From NCBI GenBank assembly GCA_051362555.1, contig CM120645.1, positions 2,914,001 to 2,978,000 on the forward strand: 64,000 nucleotides of DNA. Reading direction: 5' to 3'. A model generated the notes under the pieces. That model was not told where the DNA came from, ran no database searches, and saw only the letters and a list, made by a program, of their open reading frames with translations. A program made the translations under genes and the position numbers. This document shows, one piece after another, positions 13,701-58,300 of this stretch (positions within the stretch are counted from its first letter, which is position 1; each line of letters opens with the position of its first letter). The DNA comes from Lingula anatina. Its lineage: Eukaryota > Animalia > Brachiopoda.

Positions 13701-16700
13701 CTTTGTTTAATTTTCAACTACCCCAAAGTAAAGTTTGAAAAAGAAAATCGTCATTGAAGGTTTGGAATCATTTTAAAACAAATCTAGCTTACTTGAGTTG
13801 GCAAAGTAGAAGTTAACAGAACTGAAATGAAAGACATTTATTTATGCAGAAGTAAATCTTCATCAGCACGCTAAGAAGTGCTGAAAAACATTCTTTTCTG
13901 ATTTTGATTAGTCAGTTTGTACCTCTTGCTGAGGTGGACCAGCAGTGGGGGACCTCATGGCGGGAGACATGGGGACAATTTTATATGGTGTCTTTTCTTC
14001 TTTTTGTGTAATCAGACATGAAGTTTTAAGATTTTTTAGTCCCTGGGCAACTTGAGGTAATAAGTCAGTCGAGTAATTCTCCCAGTGAGGTGGGATTCCA
14101 CTTACAGCTTGTGCTCTGCTGAAACAGGTGCTGGTATGAAGGGGAAAAAATGTAGCAGACCAACCATAGCATAGGGGATTTTTTATGAGGGGAGGTGTTG
14201 AATTTTTTGCTGTGTGACTATTGGATTTGTAAAGTGAATAGTGTCTTCATCAGTTACTGTAAAAAATGATGAAAAAACTGTTTATCTCATGTTGCTTTTT
14301 ATGATTTTTTTCCTAAAAATCATCCCATTCTTTTCTGGAAAAAGAATGTCCAGGTGCATTTTATAAACTAGAAGCACAAAGTGAAATTCTGCCAAAAAGA
14401 ATTAAGAAGACCTTTGTTCATTTATATCCATTGGTGCATGAGAAAATGCCTACATGGAATGTTGAAGTGCTCCTTTTTTTCTTCTAATAGCAAAAAAAAA
14501 ATGCAAGTTGATCCTGCCTACCTATTTGACAGCAATAAAATTAATGGTTTGATCCAGTATCCCAAAGTGCCGCACTAAGGTCAAATTGGACACCTGAATG
14601 AAGATTTTATGACTGTTGAAACTGGAATGGAATTTTTAAAATGTTGTGTGAATTTTATTGCAAGTTTTTCAAAGCCCCTGTAGCTAGAAATACAGTGTCA
14701 GGTGGAGTCATGTTCCTCCATATTCATTAGAAGATGAGTACAGTTTTATAGCGTGCATACTCACAGACACGCACGCAAACCCACACACACACACCCACAC
14801 AAATCCACATGGCTTGCACACAAACCCTCACACACACTCAAACATTGCGATCACTGGGTACACGATGAGTTCATATTACGTACACACACGCGTGCACAAA
14901 CACATGTATGGATGCAAATGGGGTCAGCTCTGTGTAACAAAGATTCTTCATGATGTAGAAGTACACCCAGCAAACCCACACCCTTGTACACATTAATTGT
15001 ACTCACTGACATAGAATTTGTCCAAAATTTTTCTTTTCTTTATTTTCACATTTGGATCCCAGCTTACCTGACACACGTGCTACCTGGGGAATTCGTGACC
15101 ACGTGAAATAAGTAGAAAATAAGCCAGTAAATAAATTCAGCTAAATTAATGTAAACATATACATTTCATCATTGCTTCATTACATATAGACGAGATATTT
15201 AACTTTTCTAGCACACTGCTGTAATGAAGAGTCCTGCATGCCAATTTATCCTAGGAATCGTGCATAGCAAATTGCTATACATCTGACAGTTATTGACTAT
15301 TATATCATGGTCATTAACAAATAGGATGACTTTTTGATTTACCCGCAGTATATTTGCCACGGCAGACCTCTAAATCAGTGTGTAATTATTCATAACTGGA
15401 AACAGGCTCTGGAGATACCAAACACTGGAGTTGATGCCGCTGAAATATTGCAGTTCAATATTCAGTGTTTGCGGTACCATTTTGTATTCATAGCCGTATC
15501 TTCCCTTTCTCTGTCCCAGACAGACAAAAAAATATATGAATAATAAAATCATTGGCTGAAACTGCTTAGAATTTGATTGAAAGTCATAAATGTCTACTAT
15601 CTGTTCCATCATCTAAGCGGATAGAAATTATTTCATCATGTTATAATGCAAAAGGCAAATTGGCAGTGGGTAAACTTTTTTCCTTTGTCGGAGTGAATCA
15701 TAACAACCAAAAGAATTCCAAGTCTCTTCAGTTACTTTTCTATTCTAAAAGGATGGGATACTGCAGAAAGATACACAATACAATGTTTGGACAGAAAATA
15801 TCGAGAAATAGCAAGCATCAGTTGGTGGAAATGTTGCCACCATCCCTCCTGACATTGGTATGCCTAACCTTTTAGTTGCTCCTGCACCGTGAAAGGGGGC
15901 CCCCATGAAATTGGTTGTGTTGCCCCTTGGAGGGATAGTTTTATGCATTTTGACTGAATATGAAAACCATATTTATTTCAAAACTTGTGTTCTTTCGTAT
16001 GAGAATGTTTAAAAGTGTAGGGAATTGACCTTTGGGAGTAGCCTTGCATAATGCAAAAAAGAAAAAAAATGTCATTATTTTTCACAAATATTTGACTGGG
16101 CAGATCATATTTTCTTGCAAATTTTACACAGTTATTGAAAATAGAGAGGATTTTATGTAAGGTCAGGAGAAGGGAACAATCAAAAGATAGTATATGGTTT
16201 TAGAACCCACCTTATGCCATAGTGATTATCTGTTTATTTTCAGCTACTTTAGATAGATAGATAGATAGATAGATATGTGTAAACAAAAACAAGCATTCTA
16301 GTCAGGTATGGTCAGCTTACGACTCCTGTCTTCCAATTCAGTAATAGCTAACATAATCTGATATCTGACATAACCCAGCTATTTTGAACAATAAAAGATT
16401 TAGTAGTGGGGACTGACTTGCCTATTTTATATCTCCATGTCTTTCATCATATCTGACGAAGCTGACACAACCTTTCACCGTACATGTCATGATGTGGAAA
16501 TGTTTCTGTCAGATTGCTGAATTTGTTTTTGAAAGACAAAATGACAGGCTAATGGAAGACTGGCTGAAGAGAAAATAGGCTCAAACTTCAATTTGTCATT
16601 GTAAATTTTGTTGTTTTGCTGGGCAAAGATGACACCACATGTGTACTCTGTCAACATGAAGAGTATCTTATAGAAGGAATTATTTTAGGAACTGTTTTGT

Positions 16701-17424
16701 TTTCTGGTGAGCTGTAATAATTCAAGCACAGTCATCTCTCTCAACATACTAACTTTTAGTCTGTCCTAGGGGCAAAAAAAAGTCACCCAGCTTAAATTAA
16801 TTCTCACAAAAACACCTCCCATTGTTTAATTACAGGGTCCATGGGTTTATGTAGTCCGCAATCATTACCTTTTCATGATATACAAATTTCTCTTTGATCC
16901 CATTTCAGAAGAGAGCCATTTGTTTATATTTAACCTTTGAAAGGGCTCTAGTTTCCCATGAGATTTGTGGATTTTTTTGGCTCTTGTTTGCATCCTTGTG
17001 GGCGATCTGAAGGCTGTTTGGTTTTCAAGTGTCTGCTATCCAATTGAGATAGATTGGTTTTTAACTGTGGTTAAGTGGATAGCTGGTTTGCCTGTACCAA
17101 GAGAGATAGGAATGACACTGAATATGCCTGGTTTGTTGATATCTGTCACATAAAGAAGACAGGAATATTGGAATGACATCTGTCTTTTTGGAAGCTACTG
17201 TGTCGAAATAAAAATAAATTAATGGATGACAGAGGAGATTTGCATATTTTGAAATGCCTTATCAGTTAGTTTTATAATATACAGATAATTTGTAACTTGA
17301 TTAGATTATCCAGTTTGTTTTTGTCTTCTCGTACACAAATATCACGATTATTTCCACAAAATTGAACTTAATGCCCTTTTGCTTAATCCTTCATTAAAAT
17401 TTTGCATTTCTTTTGTCTTTACAG

Positions 17425-49257
<31,833 letters not shown>

Positions 49258-52200
49258 ACACAGATATCTGTCAGATGGTCAGCTGGCCACCATCAGTGAA
49301 GAAAAATAAACTAAGTGCCACTTTTTACTGAGATCTTCCAATTCGCTACCATAAATGACTAAGCAGGGAGAAAAAACTTGGTTGAAATACACATTTCTCC
49401 TTTTGCCAAAGTTTATGGAGTTGGCTCTGTAAAGCTCAAGAAGGATGTTGCCTTGTATATATATCACTGTACATATAGTGAAGTGAACTTGGAACAGATT
49501 TAACTTTCTGGTGTTGACTGGCTTGCTTTAATACTGCAAGATCTTAAAACTAATGGAACACCACTAAACAGACAGGAGAGAGAGAACTCGGAGGACAAAA
49601 CGCCTGCATTCCAAAAGCATTTTTGTTTTGAAGACCAGTTACTTACTTAAAGAAGAGAAATTGTGAAGAAAATACTACCCTTATAGGAATCTGTTTGGAA
49701 TATCCCAAACACTGGCAATTAAGTTCATAGTCACATCTTTGTGAATCTCAATTGGGAAGAAAACATTGGTGTGTGGTTTGAGACTTTATCAGTTAGACAG
49801 TAAGCATGGCAAGCTTATGCATTGTCCTTTGTTTAAAACGAGAATTTGCTTCAGAGGCATATCATCTGACATTGGTCACAGTCTCCACGGCTATTCAGCT
49901 CCATTCCTTCGAGGTTTTATTGGAATATTTTATTGTGATACAAATGCAGTTCTTCCATGTTTGTTGAAGCAACGAAACCTGTTAAATTGCACAGGTGACC
50001 TTGAGGAATATTTTTTACATTTGAAGACTTCACTTTTCCCCCCAGGTTTTAACATGCTTACATCAAGTATTTTATCTGATAGGTCAAACTCTTTTAATGG
50101 TGTCATTTATGCTTTTTCCTTCAAAATATCTTAATCTGATTATAGGTGAAATGGATATTCAACTTTGGAAAGTGACAAATTCTAATTACTCATTTTAGGA
50201 GTAATTATTAAACATATACATGAACATTTTTATCACAGTCCATTGGTACAAATAGCATTTTGTAAGCAGCGAATCTGCCAATCGGTCAGGCAAATTGATA
50301 TCTGAGATCTTATAAATATATATTAGTTCCAATTAATACATATTTATGAAAGTCCATGTCCTTGCTCAATGCACAGTACACAGGTGCTTCACAAGTGAGA
50401 TAAACTGCTCCACACATGTGTATAATGTGTTTATATGCTGTATAATTACATTACATGTACAAGCAAAGCGCAAACAACCGACCATGCACTAAAAAAAAGC
50501 ACACACACTGTAAATGTCTTAAATTGGCCTGAGAGGAAGAAAATTTCAATCAGATATGTTCAGGAATGTGCTCAACAATGGTCTGGTTAAATCCTGACAA
50601 TTACAGCTCTGATTGTTGCAGACATTTTTAATCATGTTTAAGGTGCACAGTGGCCAAATTAGGAAATGAAATAAAGGTGACGTATTTTAGAAAAAATGCT
50701 ATTGATTTATTAACCAATGGTGGCCAGTGGTAGAAATTGACCTTTTCATGGGTGAGGTATCTTTAGGCGTTAGCTAGACCCTTTACAAAGACTATATTTT
50801 ATAGCACAAAATCACCGTAAATGAGTCATGTGGTCTAATATCACCTCATCCAGTAGATTACTTTCCTATTTTAATCATTGTGTAATTAATTGAAATAAGA
50901 AAGCTTGTTTAGGGGGTTTTAGAAGCCTGTTTTTGCTGAAGTGGAACAGTTCATGGGGCATGGATTCGTCTTGGGTCCATTGACATGTGGCGACCTCTAT
51001 CAGCTGGGTTAAAATACTGGTTTTACAAGAATGAAAGTACATGTGTACGCCATTGATGGCAGGATGATTAGTAAATATAATGTTAGAGGAAATTTGAACA
51101 TTGCAGTCATCTTGCAAAGTTGGTTTTAACATCTTCATTGTATTTTATTCAAATTGACCTTTTTATCAAGTCTATTTTTATATGTGCAAGTCTGTGAAGA
51201 TGAATGAGTTGCACTTCTGTTTCTTAGTTGTGATAGTGACAATAAATGTAAATAGATATTAGAGAGAGTCAGAGGATTGTCTAAATGGTCAAGAAAAATG
51301 TCAGTTTTACATTGACAAATGACACCAGGTTATACAAAATGTATAGATTTAATGATGTCCTGGACATTCCCATTGACTACAAAAGACAAGCTATTGAAAT
51401 AATTCTTGTACATAAATGTATTTATAAAATGCCATACCTTTAGCACTATGCACAGGTTTGTGATTAGTTACCTTTTAATTGCTTAATGTACAGGTGGTTT
51501 TGGTAGCTACTTAAAAGCAATACAATGCATGATACGCATAGAACATTGTGTTTTTATTATAATTATGATTTACTTCACCCTTTGGCGTGAAATGGTCTTT
51601 TAAGAACGATTTCAAAAACAATTTTTGGCTAGCTTTCTTCCAATGTTTGGTATTTTAAAATGAAGGCTTATAGAAACAGGAACACAGTAGAATTACTTTG
51701 ATTATTTGTGTGAACAATTCAGTGCTTTCTCAATGTAGTTGACACTGCTTCTGGCACCCTGAGTTTGGGAGGAGCTTTTTATATTATATCTGGATTTTAT
51801 TTTAGGTGGCCTGGAGCTTGCCTCTGAAACTCAGGGTGCCAGCAGATAGTCTAATCTAGTCCATGCTGTGATACAGCAGGTGCTTTTGCACCCTGAAATT
51901 GAGGGCTTGTTGCTGGACAAATTATATATTTCAACATATCCCTGAATATTGATTGAATCATAGCAGTCTGCCAGCAAGGCTTGAGTTTCAGGGTGTTGCT
52001 TTCTGTGCAGCACAGTGAGATTGTCTTGTTTTGTCAGCACGTTGAAGCTCATTTTTACTATATTTGAATGTTGGAATATCATGTGATGTGTGTCAACCCT
52101 TCATTCAAATGTTATTATTATTTTGTATTTTAAAGTGTTTTATTCATACAAAGGATATTTTTAAGGTTTGTGTTTGTGTATGGTTTCCTTTTGCCAATTC

Positions 52201-53435
52201 TGCTTCATATTGCATTAGATGAACCGCAGTTGTTTCTTGTGTACTTAAAAGATATTGTTATTTGCATGGGTTTAATTGTTCCCAGTGTGTGTCTCTTTCA
52301 AAATTCCATTCACACCTTTATCAAACATAGCTTAAAACCAGACAGGAAATATGCGTGGCATTCCAAGGGTTATATGTATACGTATCAAAATATACCCACA
52401 GTGCCTATATCCTAATCAGAGAATTTTTTTCCAAATTCCATTTCTTTTCGTAAATGACACAATTATTTTTTTTTTCTTCTTAACATTTAATACTGGAAAC
52501 TGTAGTAATTGTTACGTGTTAAAAGTGGCTGTCTATCAACTTTTTGTGTGATGGCTGCTCTATACAGACTAGATATTCATACAGGTGTATTGTCACACAG
52601 CTCAGGCCTACCCAACTACCAGACTCGGCACCTAAGGATCCTGAATTAACCGGTATATCGGACCAAACTACCCGTTTTCAAGGTGTGTGTCAGATCACAT
52701 TTCGGAGTATCAGCCAGAACACCGACAGGATGAGCCCTGGCATGCTCGGCTGTCACCTTGATTGGATAGTAAACGATTGTCGTAAAATCGCTATATGATT
52801 TTAAAACCGGGTGCATAATTTTGAAAGCCACCTAGATGAACCTTAGACTGCCACATTAATCTAATACAATGCAAAAAAGCTCTATCAAAAGTGGTCAAAA
52901 CATTCAAACCGAATGTCGTAAAGTCCCCATATATCCCCATAGAGACAATAAAATAGAGTACTCCAAAGTAAGAGTACAGTTTAAGGTTGTTCAGCCGAGC
53001 GTGGATGAGCCCGCAGTCGTGCTACAAAATTTGTTCTGGGGTATGATACTCCGAAATGCGATCTGACACACACCTTGAAAACGGGTAGCGTGGTCCGATA
53101 TACCGGTTAATTCAGGATCCTTAGGTGCCGAGTCTGGTAGTTGGGTAGGCCTGCAGCTGAGCGCATTGTCTATTTGTACATATTGCTGAGTATTCATTTA
53201 AAGGCTGATATACAGATGGAAACTTTGTAAAAACACATAAATGATTGTTATTAGAGAGATTTTGCGATTTCAGAATAGATTTTATATACATTCTTAATAA
53301 CAAAATAAATGATTGCAGAGATGATTGTTATTGTCTGGGCTTGTTTGTACACTCTCTCTCTCTTTTCTGTTACTGTTACTAGTAAAGTTTAATGTAAAAA
53401 CATATATAACAAATATATATTTTAAATTGAATAAA
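49258..53435 (+). other. Putative long 3' UTR of plexin-A with candidate poly(A) signals
   Basis: AATAAA at 51241, 53304 (followed by a GT-rich stretch) and 53430; five TGTAHATA motifs; the true 3' end cannot be determined from DNA alone. Confidence 0.45.
52603..53153. mobile_element. Young 551-bp MITE, 110-bp TIRs, 5-bp TSD CAGCT (hAT5-like or Transib-like)
   Basis: TIRs 52603-52712 and 53044-53153 match at 107/110; termini CAGG..CCTG; CAGCT at 52598-52602 and 53154-53158. Confidence 0.93.
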
Positions 53436-54479
53436 GCCTCTGTTCTTTAGAGAGTTGGCATTTCAAGAAAAAAAATGGAACCTGCTTCAGTTTTGGGGGG
53501 AAAATCGCCGAAATTTTCATTCTCAACAAATAGTATTCCAATTAGATGTGACACCCATTGTGTTCAAACACAATCACTATCTTCTCTAATTGCGGGTCTC
53601 GTTTTGGAGATCTCGAGGAAGCCATTTGTAATTTGGACGTTGAAAGTGCATGTAGCGGGAATTTGCAGTTTTTGAATTTGTATACTACATGTCCCTTGGG
53701 AGTGTTTGGCAGTGTGTCGAGAAGAGTCTTAATCAAGAATCACCAAGGTTTCTAATGTCGTGAGGGGTAGGCCTATCGGCAAACCTGTAGGCAAAAGAAA
53801 GTCTGACAGCGTGGAAGTAATCCTCGCCCTGATTGGAGCCCTGCGTCACTTGGTTTAGAAAGCGTATCGCTTCTTCAGTTCTTAGTGATGCGAATTGGTC
53901 TGGGCATTAAGTATAAGAATATTACGATTTCACCCGATTCAGTATAACATTTTAAGATACTAATGGTATTTTGGTGATAGCTTAGGCCTATATACAGTTC
54001 ATTGTTGTGTTCGCCTGCATTCATTCCCCGCCATTATACCGACGTAGAGTTTTCAATTTTTGCTTCTTCATAACATCATCTCCTCACGTTCCATAAAAAT
54101 TAAAAAATGCAGGTGCACCCTATGTAAACTGTTTTGAATTCTTTTGGTAGAAACAGCAGTAAAACGCGAGGTATGGCTAGGAATGGTGGAATAATGTGGA
54201 TTTGCCTGTTAAAACGCTGTCTATTTGCTTGTTTATGTTTACTGATTGGTCGTGGAGCACGATTTTAGTAGTAGAGTATTATAAGTATGGCACTTGCTGG
54301 TCAAGAACTGAAAAGTTTTTTATGAATTTTTTTTATTGACGACTTTTGGCAAAACCTGTAAAGGTGTGCCCCAGGGCACCTTTTCTTTCCAACAATGATT
54401 GTCGCACTGTAGGCTACACGTAGCGTTGCATCAAATTTCGAAAACACTATTTACTGAAATAATTTTCATGATACATTAT

Positions 54480-54648
54480 CAGGGGCGGATCCAGAGATTT
54501 TTTCTGACAGTCTTCCAAATTATCTTTGTTGATCCAGCCTCCATTTTTTAACCGTCTTCCGACAGAAAAAATTAGATACCCATCAATGAAAAATTGAAAA
54601 TCTGACCGTCTTCCGGAAGACCCAGAAGACAGCCTGAATCCGCCTCTG
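54480..54648. mobile_element. 169-bp hAT-like MITE, 15-bp TIR, 5-bp TSD ATTAT
   Basis: caggggcggatccag ... ctgaatccgcctctg (13/15); ATTAT at 54475-54479 and 54649-54653; second copy at 28129. Confidence 0.88.
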
Positions 54649-54672
54649 ATTATGGTTATTTAGTGACAAAAA

Positions 54673-54821
54673 CACCGGCAGATCCGGGATAATTTAAACG
54701 GGGTAAAATTGTGAAATCCTAGATAATTTGGAATATTGTTAATGTAGGGCTCGATTATGCGAGTACAGAGTGGTTCGTTTTTGTGTGGGGGGGTAGACGA
54801 AAAACATTAGATCCGCCATTG
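54673..54821. mobile_element. Possible related degenerate MITE
   Basis: caccggcagatcc ... agatccgccattg termini resemble the neighbouring element; no TSD recognised. Confidence 0.35.
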
Positions 54822-55281
54822 GTTTGTTTTTATATAAATCGTATATAACGTTTTCTGAAATACTTTGTGTAATATTGATAAGAAGAACGTAAGTCATTTA
54901 GTCCAGTTGGTAGTTTATTTGTCAAAAAGAATAAATAGAAGGGTTGTTCTTGTCTTACATATAAGTGGGTTGTTATGCAGATTTCAATACTCGAGCAATC
55001 AGATATTACAATGTTTTTAATTTTAAAAAAACTTACGATGAGATGCTTTAAAATGAATGAATACGTCAATGGAAATGTATTTTGCTCTTAATAAAAAGTA
55101 AAACTCCTGTATGCAAAATGTCTCTCTGTTTTTATTGATCCGGGGAAGGGGGGGGGGGGAGGTTGAGGCTTGAGCTCCGGGTAGGGCGCTTGGAAATTGC
55201 CAAAGACCTTTCAAGTTTCAAGGAAGGCATTTAGAATTTCTTTCCGTTTATTATAAGAAGAAAGCTCACCCGAGGAGGGTT

Positions 55282-55395
55282 GGCGGGCACACTTGGGAGA
55301 GTGGATAGCGCGCTTGCCTCGGACGAACCAGGGAATTATATCCGATATAATTCCCTGGACGAACTAACGTACAGAAGATTGGGGGTTCGGGCCAA
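55282..55395 (+). mobile_element. Degenerate tRNA-derived (SINE-head-like) sequence interrupted by a palindromic insertion
   Basis: A-box-like TGGGAGAGTGG (55294-55304), then atagcgcgcttgcctc, then B-box-like GGTTCGGGCC (55384-55393); both boxes are imperfect. Confidence 0.4.
55329..55357. mobile_element. 29-bp TIR-only remnant with 7-bp TSD (transposon excision footprint)
   Basis: GACGAAC|cagggaattatatc c gatataattccctg|GACGAAC. Confidence 0.8.
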
Positions 55396-58300
55396 ACTGA
55401 GGGAGAAAGACATTTAACATTTTTGCAAATTTTGAAATAAATTGAACATACAGACGTATCTTATTATCCGAATGATTATATAAAATAAAAGCAAAGATTT
55501 TGGCACAAAAGTCAAACTTGCAAAGTATAATTACAATACGATAATAGCAGTTCCCATCAGTTCATTTTCACAAAAAATTCCTTTTCTCAAAATTCGTCGA
55601 AGATTGTATGCATTTTGGAATCTACTGCACAAACTACTAATAATTTTGATTTATAAAAAAGGAACCATGCGGTCAAAATAATATGTAAGCTTGCCGCGAA
55701 ATCTTACATCGTCTTTTAGGAAATCATGCAGCAAGCTTTCAAGTGGGTCGGCCATATTTGAGCCGTGGATCTGTTAGTCCGCTGATCAACTTTGGATGTG
55801 AATGCTGCTTTACTCCATACCATCGTACAAATGCCCCCCCACTGAAAACCAAAAGGTAGCCAAATTAAACCATTTTTGTAAGTTATTTTGTACAGAGATA
55901 AATCAAGTGCGTCTTCAATATTTTTCTTCGAAAAAAAATTAATACGTCATTGATGGCACAATTTTGAACAGAATGAAAAATTTTTTTATGTTTAAAATTC
56001 TGCACGGCCTATGTATAGGGGCGGCAGAACGACATGGTCAGTTGATAGACGTTTTTAATGCAGAATATTACATATTAAACAAAATATTCGACGTGACATT
56101 CCATATTAAATGTCCATCCTGCATAATTTATCTAGGAGACAAGTAAAACAATTTTGACATGATTGCTAACGCCGCCGAACCCTTCGCTGTCTTTGACAGA
56201 AAACGCATCCAATCTCCTCGTTAATGGTCACTTTGAAATGTCATCACTCTTCCTTCAGGCAGATTCCTGCAAACAAACAAAAAGAGCAACATTCAAATTT
56301 TATAGATAGATAGTTAGTTAAATAACGATATGTTAGAACATTTCATAATTTGAATTAAACTGCACTTGGATTCATTTTCAATGTTATGTTTACTAAAAAG
56401 TTTCAGTGGAGAACCGCTCCACAATATTTTTTACACTCTATAACATATTTCCTTTTGAACCTGTAGCCAGATATATCTAGGGACCATTTTTTCCAATAAA
56501 GTGGGCCTTTGTACCCCTTCAGTTAACCCAATTTGAGAATTGCATTAAGAGCTACAGGAATATTAAGATTTAGCGAAGACCTTTGTGTTACGTGTATGTG
56601 ACACTCCTAATCCTTCCAATTTAGTGTTATAAAGTTCGGATGAGATGCATCTTCTTATTTATGGTATCTAAAGTAATAAAAAAAAGTAAAGAAATAAAAA
56701 ATTCAGGGCGGAAAATTCTGCCAAATATTATTACTATTTTTGTGCTTGAACCGTTAACTTCAATTATGGACGCACTCTATGCTAGGTATTAAAATGCTCT
56801 ACGTCTCCTAAAGATCCTGACCTACATGAAAACTAACGCCAACTTTAGAGGCAATATTTCTTAACATTCTTAGTTGCAGTAGGTCCACCAAGTGGTTTGA
56901 AAAATGGCCACAAAGGTCCATCAACTTTGGCCAGTCTTACCCAGATGATTCGTATCTGTCGCACCTTTTAAAATAATATGAGTAATAAAACTAATATGAG
57001 AATGTTCTTACAACTACAATGTCAAAGGGGTGAATCGTCAATGTAGTCCGCTTCTGATGCACCACAAAGTAAAGTGTTCCCATGTTGCCTCTTCTTTCAA
57101 GCTACTTGAATACTTGTCACTGTGACACGTGATTTGAACGACAGTTTTGAAACAGGTCATGTGTGATTGAGGTCGTTCATTATGTGTGGGATATGTATTG
57201 AAGACGCGGGATTGTGTTAGAGGAGACATCCGAGTGGTCTGAACACAGTATTCTTTTATTTGCCGTGTCACAACTCATTGCGACATTGCAGGAAAATAAA
57301 AAAAATGTCAGAACATCTACCCCCAGACAGTGATTAACTGATTTATAACAATAACGCGACAATCTCTTATTTCAGGTCAAACTTACCACCAGATATATGA
57401 AGAAGGGACAGTTTTTAAGCCCCCTTCCCCTGTCAGAGATAATAATTATGGTTTGCAAAAGCTTGGCTTTTTTGGGAAAGTGGACTTCATTTTTGTTGTG
57501 TAAGAAACCAGTATCTACAAATTTTATGTTACAAATGTCCTTTTCTTCCCCATGTGTGTACATTTTCCAGCTTTGCTGTTCAATTCTTAAATTTTTCTCT
57601 GCAAAGCTACAACTTTCAATTTCAATTCAGTGAGGATAACAAAAAGACAATAATACTTTTTTCACAGTTTACTAGTTATCTACTAAAAACTAAGAAATTA
57701 ATCCATTTACAGAAGAGTTCATTTTCATCCATGCCCAGTAACTGTCCCAGTACTAAAACAATGTACTTGACATACTAAAAGTTTCATATTAAGCATCAGT
57801 TTCATCAGAAAAAGACCTTTCTCTTTCAAAAAAAAAAAAAAAAATTAAAAATGGTTCATTGTTGATCTAGCGAAAAATTAGGCAATAATGCTGACATGCC
57901 TTTTCTTAACCAAACAGTAAAAAATATCCATCAGAGTAAAGACTTACCAAACATAAATGGCAATTTGGCTAAAAATACTAATTAATTTTGCATGTTTTTC
58001 AAAAAAATTGGGAGAAAAGCAAGTTTTTCTCCACTGTTTTTCCACTGTACTAGCAAAGGTTCAAAAATGGTGCTTTTACATGCATTACCACCAAACACAA
58101 CTTGACAAAATTGTTAAAAAAAAAAAATTGTGTTTTGCATATAGCAGAACTTATTTTATGCTAATTTTCTAACTGCACTACCATTAAATAACGCTCCCAT
58201 TCAACTTTTTGGCAAATATCTTGCTAAAATATCCAACTTATTTTGCTCTGCAAAACAACGCGAATAGTGTCAGCAGCAAATAATTCAGTTTGAATTTCCA

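Noticed and set aside
1-17424. Search for Sema-domain exons or a nested gene or transposase in the first 17 kb
   Set aside because: I found no splice-bounded segment with plexin-like or transposase-like translation by eye; a short or divergent exon could have been missed.
52544-53197. Paired ORFs sharing RPTQLPDSAPKDPELTGISD on opposite strands
   Set aside because: An artefact of the MITE terminal inverted repeats, not a duplicated gene.
55282-55395. Functional tRNA gene
   Set aside because: The A and B boxes are degenerate, no cloverleaf is evident and an insertion interrupts it; kept only as a SINE-like relic.
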